Shown here piece after piece: positions 48,701-63,300 of a stretch of 64,000 nt of DNA. The stretch is taken from positions 16,244,001 to 16,308,000 of the forward strand of contig NC_047066.1 in NCBI RefSeq assembly GCF_902459465.1, given 5' to 3'. The notes beneath the pieces are model-generated. The model saw only the letters and a list, made by a program, of their open reading frames with translations, was not told the DNA's origin and searched no databases. Each line of letters begins with the position of its first letter. Within the stretch, counting starts at the first letter, position 1. A program made the position numbers and the translations under genes. Source of the DNA: Asterias rubens (Eukaryota).

Positions 48701-51700
48701 TACAGGGTCACACTTATTGTAAACAAAGTTCACATGGTCTATACTTTAACTTATTTACGAATAATATTGAACGACCGACCTCGTGCAGAATTGTCAACAT
48801 CCTACATATCTGAAGAAAGAATTATTCTCATCAGGTTAAGTGTTCAAATCGTACAGTAACAATCTTGAAGAGTTTTTTTCACAAAGCTAGACTTTAAGCC
48901 TGTTTTATATAGTGCTTGTGAAAGTTGTCTGTTATTAATATCAGGTACTTTTAGTTTTAATCTTGGGAGCTTATAAATGTATATATATGATAATATTGAG
49001 ATTGGTAATTAGATTTTGCGTCCGTAGCTGTTGCGATGATTGAAGGTTTCTGAACTTTGATGATAGGCCACCTACAAAAAAACAAAACACACGATGGATA
49101 TCTTGTAAACGGTGCGGACATCAATTTATCACCCCCCAATCTCTTTGCCTTATTAGATAAAATGCACTTGGTTTTCCCTTTAATCTTGATGGATAAAATG
49201 GATTTCTTACATTCCTTGAAACGTGTTGCATTTATAAAACTATATAGGTAAGCTTTTGTTATATGTATTTTGAGAGACTGAAATAACAAAAACAAAACAT
49301 TTTTCTGTTTAGCATGGTTAGAGGAGTACACCACTAGTAGTATTTTGGTCTCCAGGAACAATAAAATGAAGTACGTGACGAGTTTATTTCAGGCGGAAAC
49401 TCTTAGCCAATCATGATCCATGTTGTAGCGGGCCAATCACGATCCACGATGTATAATAATGACTTAAGGCACCGCTACCAAGTGTGCTCAGATTTTTAAA
49501 TGTCACTGAAGTACACCTGGTGGCGATGTCACATGTCACGTGATAGAGGGCTGTTCTTCTTTGTGATTTCCGCGTCCATTGCATTCTCTTCCTGTCCTAT
49601 AAGTGAACCATGATATCAAAATCCTTCTGGAATATTGCGTTTCAACCGTTCGTCACTTCCGTTCTGCACAGCTCGCGTATTTGAAGTACCTGCCATGCCT
49701 GTGGAATGAGATCCCCGAGTTCGTTAAGGAGTCACGGTTGATCTATTCAAGAATCACCTATGAAAGCTCATGATGTTCACTGTGCATCATTAATATTGTA
49801 AATTGTGTTTATATATTTTATTCTTGAAGCTTGCTGTTTTGCTTTGCGCAGCAAAGGTATTCCAGCAATTTCTGCACACTTCATTCATTTTCACTATCAC
49901 ACACTCGAACTCAAGCATTTCCCTCAATAGTTCACTCAAACTAGGGTTTCCTTTTTGCTGTTTATGCATTAAGTTTTGTGCACACTACTTCGTTTTTCCC
50001 ATTCAGACTCGTTTCAGTCCTTTGATTTAATTTATAGGCATTCAAGACTACACATTGACCATTCATAAGTTCAAGTTGAATTTATATTACCTATTCACAC
50101 TTGATGAAAACGATAGGTTGACCAGCTCTTGTTGTTGGCTTTTACGAAATTGAATGAGTCTTGCGGCCTAATGAAATTGAATGATCTAATTATCTGCCCA
50201 GTGAACGATAAACTGGTGGAATTGAATCACTATTCTGATTCAGTGGAGCATTCATTGTCAACTGAAGTTGAATGAGCTGGGTGTTGAAAAGAATGTTGTT
50301 CAAATTGGCGGTAGATTTATTTCCAGTTGATTCGTTGAAATGTCTGAGACAATTGTTTCGGACATCAGTGAACCGTATTATTACCTACCAGACTTGTTTG
50401 ATGAAATTGGTTACAAACCAATTTTAAGTAAGATGTACATCTGAAATAAGAAAAAAAATGGTGGGTTTGTGTACATAACTAAAACAGTTGTAACTATTTA
50501 GACTTTCAACCCAAACACAAACCTATACCCGTTTGAAGAAAAAAAAAAAAGGTGGGCATGTCACTTTGGTAAAAGTCGCTTACGTGAAAATAAGTGGAAC
50601 TTATTTTTATTAACACAAAAGCTTATAGTTATTATAAACATTGAATTACAGTGAAATTGCACATTTATCACAAAGTTTTTCAAAGTACAATAGGGCATAC
50701 CTTTTCGGTAAGACCTTTCTAATGTTGTTCAACAAACCGCGCTGGTTGGCATGGGGCCAAAATGTTAGCAAAACATTCAATGTGTTTATAGATGTGTGTT
50801 CTAATTCAAAATGTCTGCAAATTTCCAACTCAAACAAATTTCATTCCATAATTGGGTGCATTTGGTTCCAACAAGTTCAACCCATTTTACAAACTTTGGC
50901 TATCAGTTGTTGCTGTTCATTGATGCCTTCCGATACTTTTCCAACCTTGGCTGACAGCGATTTGGCTGTGATGTTGCCAAAAAAAGGAACGCACATTTGT
51001 CCTGCTTTATCTTTCTAAAATGGGAGGGCGCTTGTTTTTCAACGCCAGCAAACTCACAAGGAATGACGCAGTATGTTTTCTCCACAGTCGCATGATTATC
51101 ATTAACGTTTATTGTGAAGATTAAACACATGATTATAATAGTTTTTCAAAAGAGGGAAGGAAATAACCCCACAAAGGGTCCGTTTTTGTTCTTTTCTTAT
51201 AATTTGTTTTCATACTAACTTTCCCAGGGTTGCTAACATACCGATAGCGTGAATGCCACCCAGCGATCCATTGTGGAAACGCACTCAGGCTTATTACCGT
51301 TGCTACACCAGGCCGGGTACCTGGCATTGTATATTTCTGGGTCCCTACATCACTAAGCCCAAATCTACAGATATTTAATAATTGTATGGGTCACGCAAAC
51401 CGCGCACACAATGGAGGGGAAATTTCATGGGAACCGCTGGATGGGAAGCTCTTTTTCTCCCGTCCAGGTTTAGCAAGATAACAAGGAAAGATTTGACTAA
51501 CCCTGCGAGCCAGAGTACATTGGTCAAAGAATATATTTGGCCACTGTGTATGAACAGCTTTTGGTCTTTTTTGTACCTATCCATTGCGGCTTGTAATAAT
51601 AGTTATTTAGCCGCAGGTACCCACTCATGTATTGCAATGTTATAAAAGGTTGGGTGCTAACAATAACACACCTTGGCCTTTCAATCTGCTTCAACCTTTT

Positions 51701-54700
51701 CCCACAGTATAAACATGTGGGGGTTTATCATTTCTGATGGTGAAACAAAATACAAATATCTATATTGGTTTATGCCTCTCCTGATGACGAAGTTCTGGTT
51801 TGGTTCGGAAGCTAAGGCCAGCCTTCCCTACTAATATTGTATAAATGTCTTCATCCAACTTCAAAGTTGCAGATGATGTTTTGTGTTTGGTTTCCTTTCT
51901 GAAACAATTTAGAATATCATGCATTATAGAGTGATTTTACACAATGTACCACCACAGCGCTTTACAGAACAATTATCAATTATCTAAATACACAATTATA
52001 AAAGAACACAAGAAAATGACATCGAAAGAGCATTTTGTTTTGTGCACGTCATTTGACTAGAAGGTAATCCCCGAGTATTTTCCGGGTATCTCCCCCACCC
52101 TCTTCCCACAAAGCTTCTGGATACTCAGCAGAAATTTATAGAGGTTTTTCTTCCTCTTTCGTAATCATTCCCGCCTCCCTTTCCTTCTTTCGGAGCAAAT
52201 CATTGCGGGCGGGTAGTTGTTTATATTTAAAAGCAAATGGCTCAGACACGCGTATTGGCGCGAATGTTTCACAGATTTTGAAACTCATTCCGAGTTTAGA
52301 GTGATTTCATTTTAAAGGGACTCGTATTCGTTTGGTATATTATCACTCTTTAAATTATTGGTTATTAAAACTTTCTAGGGTAGAAGTACATCGGCTTAGT
52401 GTAAAGCATTTTCTGTATCATCGGAGTGTATTGTGGTTATGGAAAAAGATGTAAACATATATTTATGCAAATACATTTGCATCTGAGGAGCACATCTTTC
52501 AGAAATGTTTGTCAGATTGTGTATTCCAATTGGAGATTATTCTTACTGCTCGGACATAACCGCTCCGGAGTGTTGATGACATCTCCAAAACGTTACAACC
52601 TTTTGAAATTAAAATGCCATGGGTTAGTTTTATTTTATATCTACATTTGAATATTGATTGAAACAATCGAATGGCTCCTAAAACCAAAAGGGCATTCCCT
52701 ATAACGAGTAACGCAAAAGTTGGGTTGCCTGTTTACAATTGATACACACACAGCCCCCTGTGTTGTAGTGTCTCAGTGGACTTTCCTCTGTTCTTACCTT
52801 TAAGGGAAATCAACTCTTCAACACATAAAGTAAAATATCGAATGGTACTCGTTATTCAGCCGGCATGGAAAGAGGAGGGTTTTTCCTATAAACCAGTCAA
52901 TACTTTTTCCTTCCATTCTTCAAATTTGAAATGAAAAGAATAAACTACTTTTCACCTATCTCTTTTCTCAAAGGAAAAACAAAACACAAAGTAAGGATCA
53001 TAATAACACGCTTTCATCCCATAGCAAAATAATTGTTAAAAGATTAAAATTATGTGTTGACTTAATGGAGTAGTAATATCACCCGACACCCTTTCCAAAC
53101 ACCACCACCACCACCACGGACAACTAAAACACTCAGCATTGTGTTTGAATGGATGGGTGTGCCTGTTATACCCGCCCCTTCGTGGGTGGATTAGTGACAA
53201 GGTTATGCCACTTGGCCACACAATCTCTTCTTCATTGCCAAATAGTCCTACAAATTCCGATCATCGCGGAAAAAACAACAACCAACAAACAACTAGTACA
53301 CATAACTCATGTATGAATTTAAACCCTCCTTCATTCTGCTGTTTTGGCGCACCTACTCAGTCGTATTTTATTTTTTATTTTTTTTTGCAGTGCCATAGGC
53401 ACCCATATCGCTATGTACTGATATTCACATCTCGTGTAGGCAAATGTGACTGAAATGTATCTGCAAATGTATTTGACAAAAAAAAACATTTACAAAACAG
53501 CAGACTGGACTTTGGTATACTCATCTGTAAGGTACACTTCGTGGCTGTGCTTCTCTTGACATAAACATCGCGTAAGTGAGGGATCTTATTTACTCGTTCC
53601 GGCCAATATTGAATGTGTAAATTCACAGCAGTTCCGTTGGTGTATTATTAAAGAAGGTCATGTTTGGACAATCAGTTATTATTCAGAAATCACTCCAGGT
53701 ATTCCTAGGCTATGAGCGTCCCGCTTGTATAAAGAGACCTTCGTCCTTGGGTAAGCTTTGTCCTGTACACTACCCAGACTGGGTTATTCTTCATTGACAG
53801 AGTTTATGTAGTTCTTCCAGTTCTTGGTTGTACGTGGTCTTTGTTGTTAAGTACTAGTTTGGGTTCTGTATGAGGATTACATTCTAAAATAGGTGGTTAT
53901 TGGGTTGATGGAATTGTCACTTCTGATGTTATTGCTTCAAACATTTATCCATCCCTAGGAGAAATGGGAACTGGGAATACTCCATGGACAAGAATACTCA
54001 AATGATAACCTGTTTTGCTTACAAACTGTGTATTGTACCAAACACTGAAGAAATAACTTCAACTTTGAATTGGCGACTTTGAAAAAAAAAACGAAATAAA
54101 AGAAAACGGAAAGAAAGCATTTCAACCTCTGACAAATCCATCAAATAACTCCTTGCTACTGATCATGGTGAATTAAAACTTTTACTAGACATTGATTCTT
54201 GAAGTCTTTCCACAAAATCAATATTGGTGATAGTATTTTTATTCCATTATGATTTCATTCTGAAATGTTTCATGGCATTTTCACGCATTCGGCACAAGCG
54301 ACCACGCCCATTTCTAAATTTCTCGTGCACACTAAACATTTCTGTTGTTTTAGTTTATCATTGACAGTCAAACGAATAAATTCTCATCCACCTCTAGAAT
54401 AGTTACTATTTTGGCATTAATATAAGTTAAGCCAACAACTAGATAATCATGACTACTGTGTAAAGCTTTCCAACAACTTACCCAAAGCGCTAAACTCAGG
54501 CCGGTCGCCGTCCCGTAGCTTTGCCGGCATACCTGTCCGACTGCCGCCGCTGTAGACTCTGGGCTGCGCACAGCGATGACGTGCCTACAAAACTTGAAAT
54601 GAAAAAAAAAACATATCACCAAAAAAGAAGAGAAAAAACTCCAATAGAGAGAAATGAAAAGAACTTTTTTACTTGACCTGATTGCAGCATACACTAACTT

Positions 54701-57303
54701 CACTTTCTATAAAGATATGCAAGTCATCGACGTTGAGCCACTTGATTGGTCGACGATGAAAGCCGAATTTAAATAATGGTAGTGGTGAAGTTTACCTGTG
54801 TGTTTAATATCACCGGTTTGGCTGTAGAAAACCTGTTGTAACTATGAGAGCACTATGTAATCAGGTAACAACAATAGCATCATTCAACCGTTCAGCCTCG
54901 ACCCGACCAAATAACACCCGACTGCTTTTGTTAGGGAGTTTTTTTCTCCCTTGATTATTAATGGGTCTGGAAAATTAAAGTTTTTAAGATAGATGACTTT
55001 AAATGTAAAAGTTGTACTTGGTTTATCGAGGATGTTCTCTAAGTTGAATTAATTTCCTGGTGCATAATGCACTATTCAAAAAGTCGAGACCGCACTTGCT
55101 CTTCCCACAGCAGCCACTCTCACAACCGCCCCGCCCCCCCCCCCCCCAAAAAAAAGGGGGATTTGTAACCACGTATACTATACGAGCAATAGTAACTTCT
55201 TGTAATTAAACATATTAACGTAATAATGGAGTTTGCAACACAACTACACAAGTTTAGGATCAGGTTGGCTCAGTGGTTTCTTTCCCTGTCTTTCACCTCT
55301 GTGGACCCGGTTCAAATCCCGCCTCGAACCGGAGTCTTGCATGTGGAACTTGTTTTCAGTTTTCAATTTGGGGTTTTTATCTCGTTTCAAATTCATCCTA
55401 TCATTCTGGTTAGGTTTGTGTTGGATGTGTAATTGAATAAATATTTTGAATACCAAGTGTACCTCACACCTTGTAAGATGTAATAGTTTTAAGCTGACAG
55501 GCTGACGTTCTGACCAGTACTCTGAGCATCACACTTCCTTTTGAGATGTGAATATTATCTCGATTCCCAACAAGTCTTTACTTTACGACTTCGAGTTCGA
55601 ACATAAGGTTTGTTCTAGGTTATACTTTGGAATCATGGCCTTTTCGAAACAAGGACTTCAGTTCGGACTCATGCTTGTTCCGCATCAGATAATACATAGC
55701 ATTTCGGTATGGGATTTCGGAACCCAAGTCTCAGCCATAGTTTCGAAAATGACCTACATATTTGTCGCTCTGTAAGAGGAAATGGTTTCATTTTATTTCA
55801 TTTAGTCTGGTTGTGAAGCCAATGACTCCCTGAAAAGCAAACGTTATCACTGTGGTGGCAAATAACCCACTAGAAACAAAACAAGGGGTAATACATTTAG
55901 ATTAGGGAGGAACACAAATACTACAAGGAAAGCGCACGCAGTCAGATGGGGACTGGATCCTCGAAGTAATAACTAACGCAATTCCAAAAATAAATAAAAA
56001 ATAATATAATATGCTTGCGTACGAATAATGATTGGAAAAGTGTAAATAACTTGATGTGCCCCATTGAGCTGCACTATACAATGTATTGATACCACAGTCA
56101 GACAAGCAAGGTCACATTGCAGGTCACTTATTTGCATAACAAAGAAAACTTAATGCGGGTGTGGAAATAATAATGAAAGAGGAGGGTATTTCAGTGTGCA
56201 CACAGGGAAAGTTGGCTCCGTTCAGGTAAAACTGAAATTTAGGGGTAAAGTAACGAGGTGAAAAGCCCATTGTGGTGAATCCGTGTGAACCGGTCCAGTG
56301 AATGCCGAGTAGTACAATACAGCCAGGTGCCCCAGACGCTCGCATTGCCTGCAATGAATAATTGCTGTCAATGAAGTTTGTCAAGCTTCCATTTTTATGG
56401 ATTTTCTTTTCAATGCTCCATTGAACCTATGCTGAGGAATTTGCCCTACCTCCTGGATTGGTTTTCACACAAAAAAGTTCAAATCCCTGGTTGCTTGTAG
56501 TACTTTGGGAAGTTGGGTTTTTCATTTCAAAGATTATGCTGGTACAAACTCCTTTAAAATGTATATTTTTTGATGTTTTAGTTTTGTTCTTTGACATAGT
56601 ATCTATAGATTTACAAAATATTATGTTGAAAGAATGTTATTTTTCAAAGCCAATTTAAAGGTTTCTCAATTCTTTGATCTGGTGCCCCGAGCCTTGATAA
56701 AAAACTTAAACTCAACTAAAGAATCAATTGTGATTGACAAGATAAGCATTAACAGAAAAATGAGCTTAACACACCACACATACACATAATATACAGGGTT
56801 CAGATTACATTTGGCAGAAAGTTCGTGTGCACTTTCAGATGATGGAAAAAGATGAATTGTGTACATGGCACTCTTATCACATTCACAATCCGTTCGATAA
56901 ACTGGAAAATGTAATTGTTTATTTTTTGTACGAAAATCTACATTTTCTACGATTTTGACACGAGTAGCATGTTCATATGTTTTTACCCAAAAGATTACGT
57001 AAAGCATTAACGCAAGTTTCCGTTTATTTATCTAATATTAAAAGGAAAAAAGTTCCGCGAAGCAAAGTTTTATGTGCGTCATTTTTTCCTCGCACGATGT
57101 GTCGAAAAATTAGTCTTTCTTTGGATCTGGGGACTCGATTACAATTTCGAATAACCTGGTCCTTTGTAAGAATTATTTGTAAGTAATGTTTGATTTTTGT
57201 TAGAGAAAAAACAAACCCCAAAGTTTACAAAGAATTTAAATTGTTGTGACATCATCGATTTATCTACCATGGAACACGGGCGGCAGCCTATGACGATTGA
57301 TGT

Positions 57304-57352
<49 letters not shown>

Positions 57353-60300
57353 AAGGAACGCATTGTCAAGGAGTAAGCCTATAGTGCCCACGCTTAAAGG
57401 CAGTGGACATTATTGGTAATTACTCAAAATAATTATGAGCATAAAACCTCACTTGGTAACGAGTATAGGCAGAGGTTGGTAGTATTACACATTGCGAAAA
57501 AACGGCTCCCACTGAAGTGACAAAGTTTTCGAGAAAAGTAATTTTCCACGAACTTGATTTCGAGACTCCAGATTTAGAATTTGTGGTCTCGAAATCAAGC
57601 ATCTGAAAGCACACAACTTCGTGTGACAAGGATGTTTTTTCTTTCATTATTATCTTGCAACTTTGACGTCTAATTGAGTTCAAAATTTCACAGGTTTGTT
57701 TTATGCATATGTTGAGCTACACAAAATGAGAAGACTGGTCTTTGACAAAACCAATAGTGTCCAGTGTCTTTAAAACCCTTGTTTCAGCTCAGCAGAAATA
57801 AGCAGGATACCACAAGGTAATTTGATCCCAGTAAGCATACATTTCTGGGCTACTTTATGGGTTAAAGCAGGACAATGAAATCGGGCTTGGAATTACGCGA
57901 AGGCAACTGAGGCCTGTTACCTACGTCATGGCTGGTCTTGATACACCTCCATAACGATAATTGAAGAAACAAAAACTGCATGCATTTATATAGCGCCTAA
58001 CACCTCCAAAAGAAAACCTCTATAAAGCGCTCAGAGGAAACACAGAATAATTATATGACGAATTGAACAGAAATGTTTTGAAGAGACTCTTGAAACTTGG
58101 ATAGAGGTAGCTCGTTTGATGTTGATTGTTCCATAAATGAGATGCAGCAAACTGAAAACCACGTTTGACCACATTGTTTTTGACAATTATTTTCGTGCCA
58201 ATATTTGCAGTGCCCTTGGCAGTTTATAAATGGGCTTGCCCTCTAAAATATGAAATTTCGACATGTGAAATTGGTGCTTGTATTTTTCACCCCCCCCCCC
58301 CCCCCCCCCAACCCAATCAAAAATGCAAGGAAACCATGGTTTGAATGCGGGAAAAACTAGTATGGTTCTTGTTTTTTCTTTGAAATTCACCCATCGTGAT
58401 TGTATAATGCACATTCAAAAATCTTGACAAATATGGCGGCAGGGATAACAGGTTCCGGGGTGACTTTCATAGGTCACGTTTTAACCTACATAGTTTGGTA
58501 GTTTTCTTTTGAAATCATCAAGGTAAAGAGAGAGAAAAAAAATTAATTGTACCGGATACTAGACGTACCTGTAAATACATATCGATCAAAATGGAAAGTA
58601 TAATCGTTAACGTGGCAGGCGCTTGTGTGAAACACAATGGACATGCGCTGTGAGCTAAAGGTATTCAAAAGAACAGATCGCAGCGTGTGGAAACTAGGTA
58701 AACCTTGGAGCGCCATTTTGGGGCACTTATATATAGAGGAAACGATTGGTTTTGCACAAAATGAAAAGAACGAATATAGGACGGGAAAATTATTTCTGAA
58801 ACCATTCTTTGGTACTAACTGGTGATCCGGTTTTAATTCTTCAAATGTAAAACAATTGGATGAAACTTGTGGGCATGTTGTAATATTAGTTAGTATTAAT
58901 CGGATCTAATAAGCTCATATTTGGTGTCATTGGTGTGAGGATGGTTTGGGTTCGGTTGTGTTGATTCAGTGATCTGACAGGGGCGTACGTTTAATATATA
59001 TATTTTGAGAGATCGTCTAACATTACAATAACGGACGGCCACTTCAGTGTGAATGTGAAGGATACACCTCACCGATTTGGACTATCGACTTGGCAAATCA
59101 CCTGCCAATAAAGACACGTTGCCACATACATGTAATGGCTAGGGTTGAAACAGGGTTACCTCCCTCACAGTCCGTTGGACGTAGGCATAGGTATGCATCC
59201 ACCAAAGGAGCCTATAGCCGACAAAACAGAATGCACTATTTCAATTTTTTTTTTATGAACCCATTATGGTGAAGTGCCCTGCTCATGCGCTCAAGTTAGT
59301 GTCATGGCCGGGAATCAAACCAACACTCTTCTGCTGACAACACCAAGTCTTGGGTCCGGCGAACTTCACGGCTTTGCCACGACACGAAATTATAGTCGTG
59401 AAAGTAGCATTTTACGGAAATTGCACTCAAACTGTTTGTTAGAAACGCTTCAAGGAGTCCAGGACACAATTTCACAGAGCTGCTTTTTAATGCAGACAAT
59501 AATTTTTGGCTAAGCAAACGATGTTCGGCTTAGCAAAACATTGTATACGAATTCAGTATTATAATGTTGGCTAAGCAGCTCACGGAAACATGGCCCTGCC
59601 GGTAACCACTTATTTGGAGGTCCCCTTTTAGAAGTTTAAACGACGAATACGGTTTATATATTATGTTCGCAAATTAATTTAATTTTGTGAATGAAATGGA
59701 CACTTCATTCATTTTGTCACATCCTCAATTTTCTGCGTTCTTAAAATGTTATCAAAAAGTCCATCTCATGTGGTAGATTAAATTGAATCTCACGCAATGT
59801 GTTTATTTGTTGTGCTTTGCAGTTGAGTCAACAACATTCCAAACAACAATGCTGACAACTGATGACAGTACAACAATAGTAACATATCAGAGCACGACAT
59901 GGGACTTCACAACAGAGGGCGCCACCACCACCGACGGTGCGATCACAACTGATCGTACCACGTTGGGTGCGTTGTCAACTACTGCAGCATCCACAACTGA
60001 TGAGTCGACGTCGATGCAACAATCAACAACTTTAGAACCTTTGTCGACCACTGACGAGTCAACAACTACAGCCTTCACAACAGATCGTACCACGTTGGGT
60101 GCGTTATCAACTACTGCAGCATCCACAACTGATGAGTCGACGTCGATGCAACAATCAACTTCAGAACCTCTGTCGACCACTGACGAGTCAACAACTACAG
60201 CCTCCACAATTGATGACGCGACGTCAACTCAACAATCAACTACTTCCGAGCTGTTGATGACCACTGACGAGTCAACAACAAAAGAAGAAGCAACGACGTT

Positions 60301-63300
60301 GAAAGTGTCCACAACAACTCGTCCACCATCAACAACAACTCTTCCATCATTAACAACTCGTCAACCATCAACAACAACTCTTCCACCATCAACAACTACA
60401 CAGCCAGCAGTGACCACCGATCAACCAACTACAACTATGACACCAATTACGTCATCACCGTCAACTACACAACCGACCATCCTTTATAATCTTACCCTCA
60501 CAAATAAGAACAGCACCTCACTCACCATCTCATGGACGATCTTCGTAGAGGTGGCGGCCCTTCAGGTCCAGTGGCGCCCTCTCTCGGCTGGTTCAAACTT
60601 CGAGAGCAGCGGTGCTGTTTTTGCAACTCTGCCCGAGTACAAGTTGACTGGTCTGATGGCAGCCACTACGTATGAGATACGCCTTGCTTTGCCGAGGAAT
60701 GGAGTGCTAGAGACTGGGGACTCTGTGTTTGATACTACATGTCCCGAAGGATTCACAAATCTCCTTTGTTCAGAGGGTAAAACAATGTTTACTAGAGACG
60801 AAATAAATTCTTTAAAGGCAGTGGACACTATTGGTAATTGTCAAAGACCAGCCTTCACAGTTGGTGTATCTCAACATAAGCATAAAATAACAAACCTGTG
60901 AAAATTTGAGCTCAATCGGTCATCGAACTTGCGAGATAATAATGAAAGAAAAAAACACCGTTGTCACACAAAGTTGTGTGCGTTTAGATGGTTGATTTCG
61001 AGACCTCAAGTTCTAAATCTGAGGAATCGAAATCAAATTCGTGGAATATTACGTCTTTCTCTAAAACTATGGCACTTCAGAGGGAGCCAATTCTCACAAT
61101 GTTTTATACCATCAACCTCTCCCCATTACTTGTCACCAAGTAAGGTTTTATGCCAATAATTATTTTGATTAATTACCAATAGTGTCCACTGCCTTTAAGG
61201 GGACGTATATACCTTTGATTTTTGTAACCGTTCGATGGTTTTAATCCTTTATGTAAATATAGATTATACAATAAAACTTATTTTTGAAAAAGGTGAAAGC
61301 GGTATTGAGATATCGCCGAAAATCCGGAGCGGTTTATTTTTAGTCCTCGGAGGAAGATAATTGGTTATTGGAATACACAATCTGAGAAACATTCAAATTC
61401 AAATGTTGGTAACATAAAAACTGGTATCTTTTCCCATAACAACGTACTTCAAAGTGTTCAGATTCTCAGAATGCTGTGTACTATCGAAAGCTGCTGTACT
61501 AAGTACCAAACAAAAACCTCCCAATTTTATTAACAAATATCCAATTGTACAGAGGGTGAGTTTCATCGTAACCGTCAAAACTGGAAATACATTTTTTTTG
61601 CAAAGAGAAAATACGCAAAGAACGGTTCATGGTCAAAAAGGTTAATTTATTAATGGCAATGTGACATCGGGGCTCTCTTAAAAGTAACGCCTAAAAACAT
61701 GATGTGGCAATCTGTCATCTAGTCAATATAATAGGGAGTTTTCGCTTTGGACGACGGATATGGTTCTGCGACGGTGAACCATCCGTCGTCCAAAACTCCA
61801 TATTCTCTTGGTAACAGAGACTCGGTTTGAATAACCGAACCCCGTATGATTATTTACGAATACAATTTTTTTGATGTATGTATTTAATCTAATTTGCCTT
61901 TAGATATAACCATCTACGGACTTACCCTCGACACTGCAACCAGTAGCTCCCTGTCTGTATCTTGGCATCTCACCGGCCCAGTGGACTGGATCGAGCTAGA
62001 GTACCAAGTAGTAGAGTTTGATACCTCATGGCGGCAATCGTCCGTTCTCACGGGCACCACTACCTCAGACACCCTGTTCGGTCTAGAGCCAGAGCAACAG
62101 GTGCTGATCAGGATACACGCAAGGGGTCTAGACGGCACTGATGCGTACACGGAGCAGAAAACATTTGAGACTTGTATCAGATTCTATCAGGGAGCTTCAT
62201 GCGAGGAATGTAAGAATACCAACTGGGGTTCTTTAAGTTTAGTTTTGTTTGTTCATTGCGTACATAAGCCATTTTTGTTTAAAGTATTGAAGGTAGGTAT
62301 TACATAAAGGTTTAATAATAGTAAGAGTTGTCCATGTCGAGATTGATACATATGGGTATCTAGATGAGTTAAGATGGCTTAGAGAAGTCTTTTCTTAGAT
62401 GGAGATGCCCTTTCTTTGAGCTTCCGTCTCTTTTACGGCAAAGTTTTTGTTTCATTGTGAGCAGTTCTAAGACGTTTCGAAGTTTGTGATTTCAATATGA
62501 GGATACTCCCGTCGCTGTATTATTATTTTTATTTTTGAACAATTCAGATATTATTTGTTAAAACTTTGTTTGTGTTTAGCTCTACCGTATGATGGAAGTA
62601 TATTCGGCAGGAGTAGTTCTGCAGTAGCATTCGGGTTGGATTCGAACCTGAACGCTGATACAGTGACCGGACAGTACCTGAGTGGCTCCACGTTTCTACG
62701 GCAATCCTGGGTCTTTGGAGATACCATTGATGCTGCACGCACGTCGTACATCTTCAATGGGCTGAACCCCAACACCGATTACAACGTGCGTTTCGTGTAC
62801 GTTGGAAGCGCGGGAAATGTGACTATTTCACAGACGTACGGTGTGAACACGTGTGCCGTAGGTTTCCAGGGCGTTAACTGCGAGGGAGGTAAAGCTATAA
62901 TGACAACATTTCTTCTTTTCAACATTATCTTCTGCCCGAAATGTGCAATAATTTTTGACATCGTTTTCAAAAGAATTGGTGATGAGTTAACATTAAATAC
63001 CCCGTTTGTTTTATAATATTAATTAACGCAAGTTTCATTGTTTCATATAACAAAAATTAAAAACATTTTCGATCATTATTTCAAATAAAATTTATTGTAA
63101 ACAGTATTAAGTAATGGTTAAATAAATACAATCGCGGAAGTCGCTAAATTCGTCTGAAAATGCTCAAGACGCTTCACAAAGTTAGAGTTAAAAGTAAATT
63201 GTATTCAAAATTACATGAGCAAACATGGTCGCGGCATGATAATTTACCTGCCGTCGATTTCACCATACTTTTCCAAGCTCGGGATTAATCCTAGGACTTT

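Noticed and set aside
49057-49251. NGADIN ankyrin-like motif
   Set aside because: An isolated 6-residue match with none of the surrounding ankyrin consensus.
53711-53752. Possible 42-nt phase 1-1 exon ([14 protein letters not shown]) in the long intron
   Set aside because: It has a good donor but a weak acceptor and no similarity to any module of the gene, so it is probably chance.
57139-57369. Poly-Ser ORF
   Set aside because: It is the reverse reading of the (GAT)16 microsatellite.
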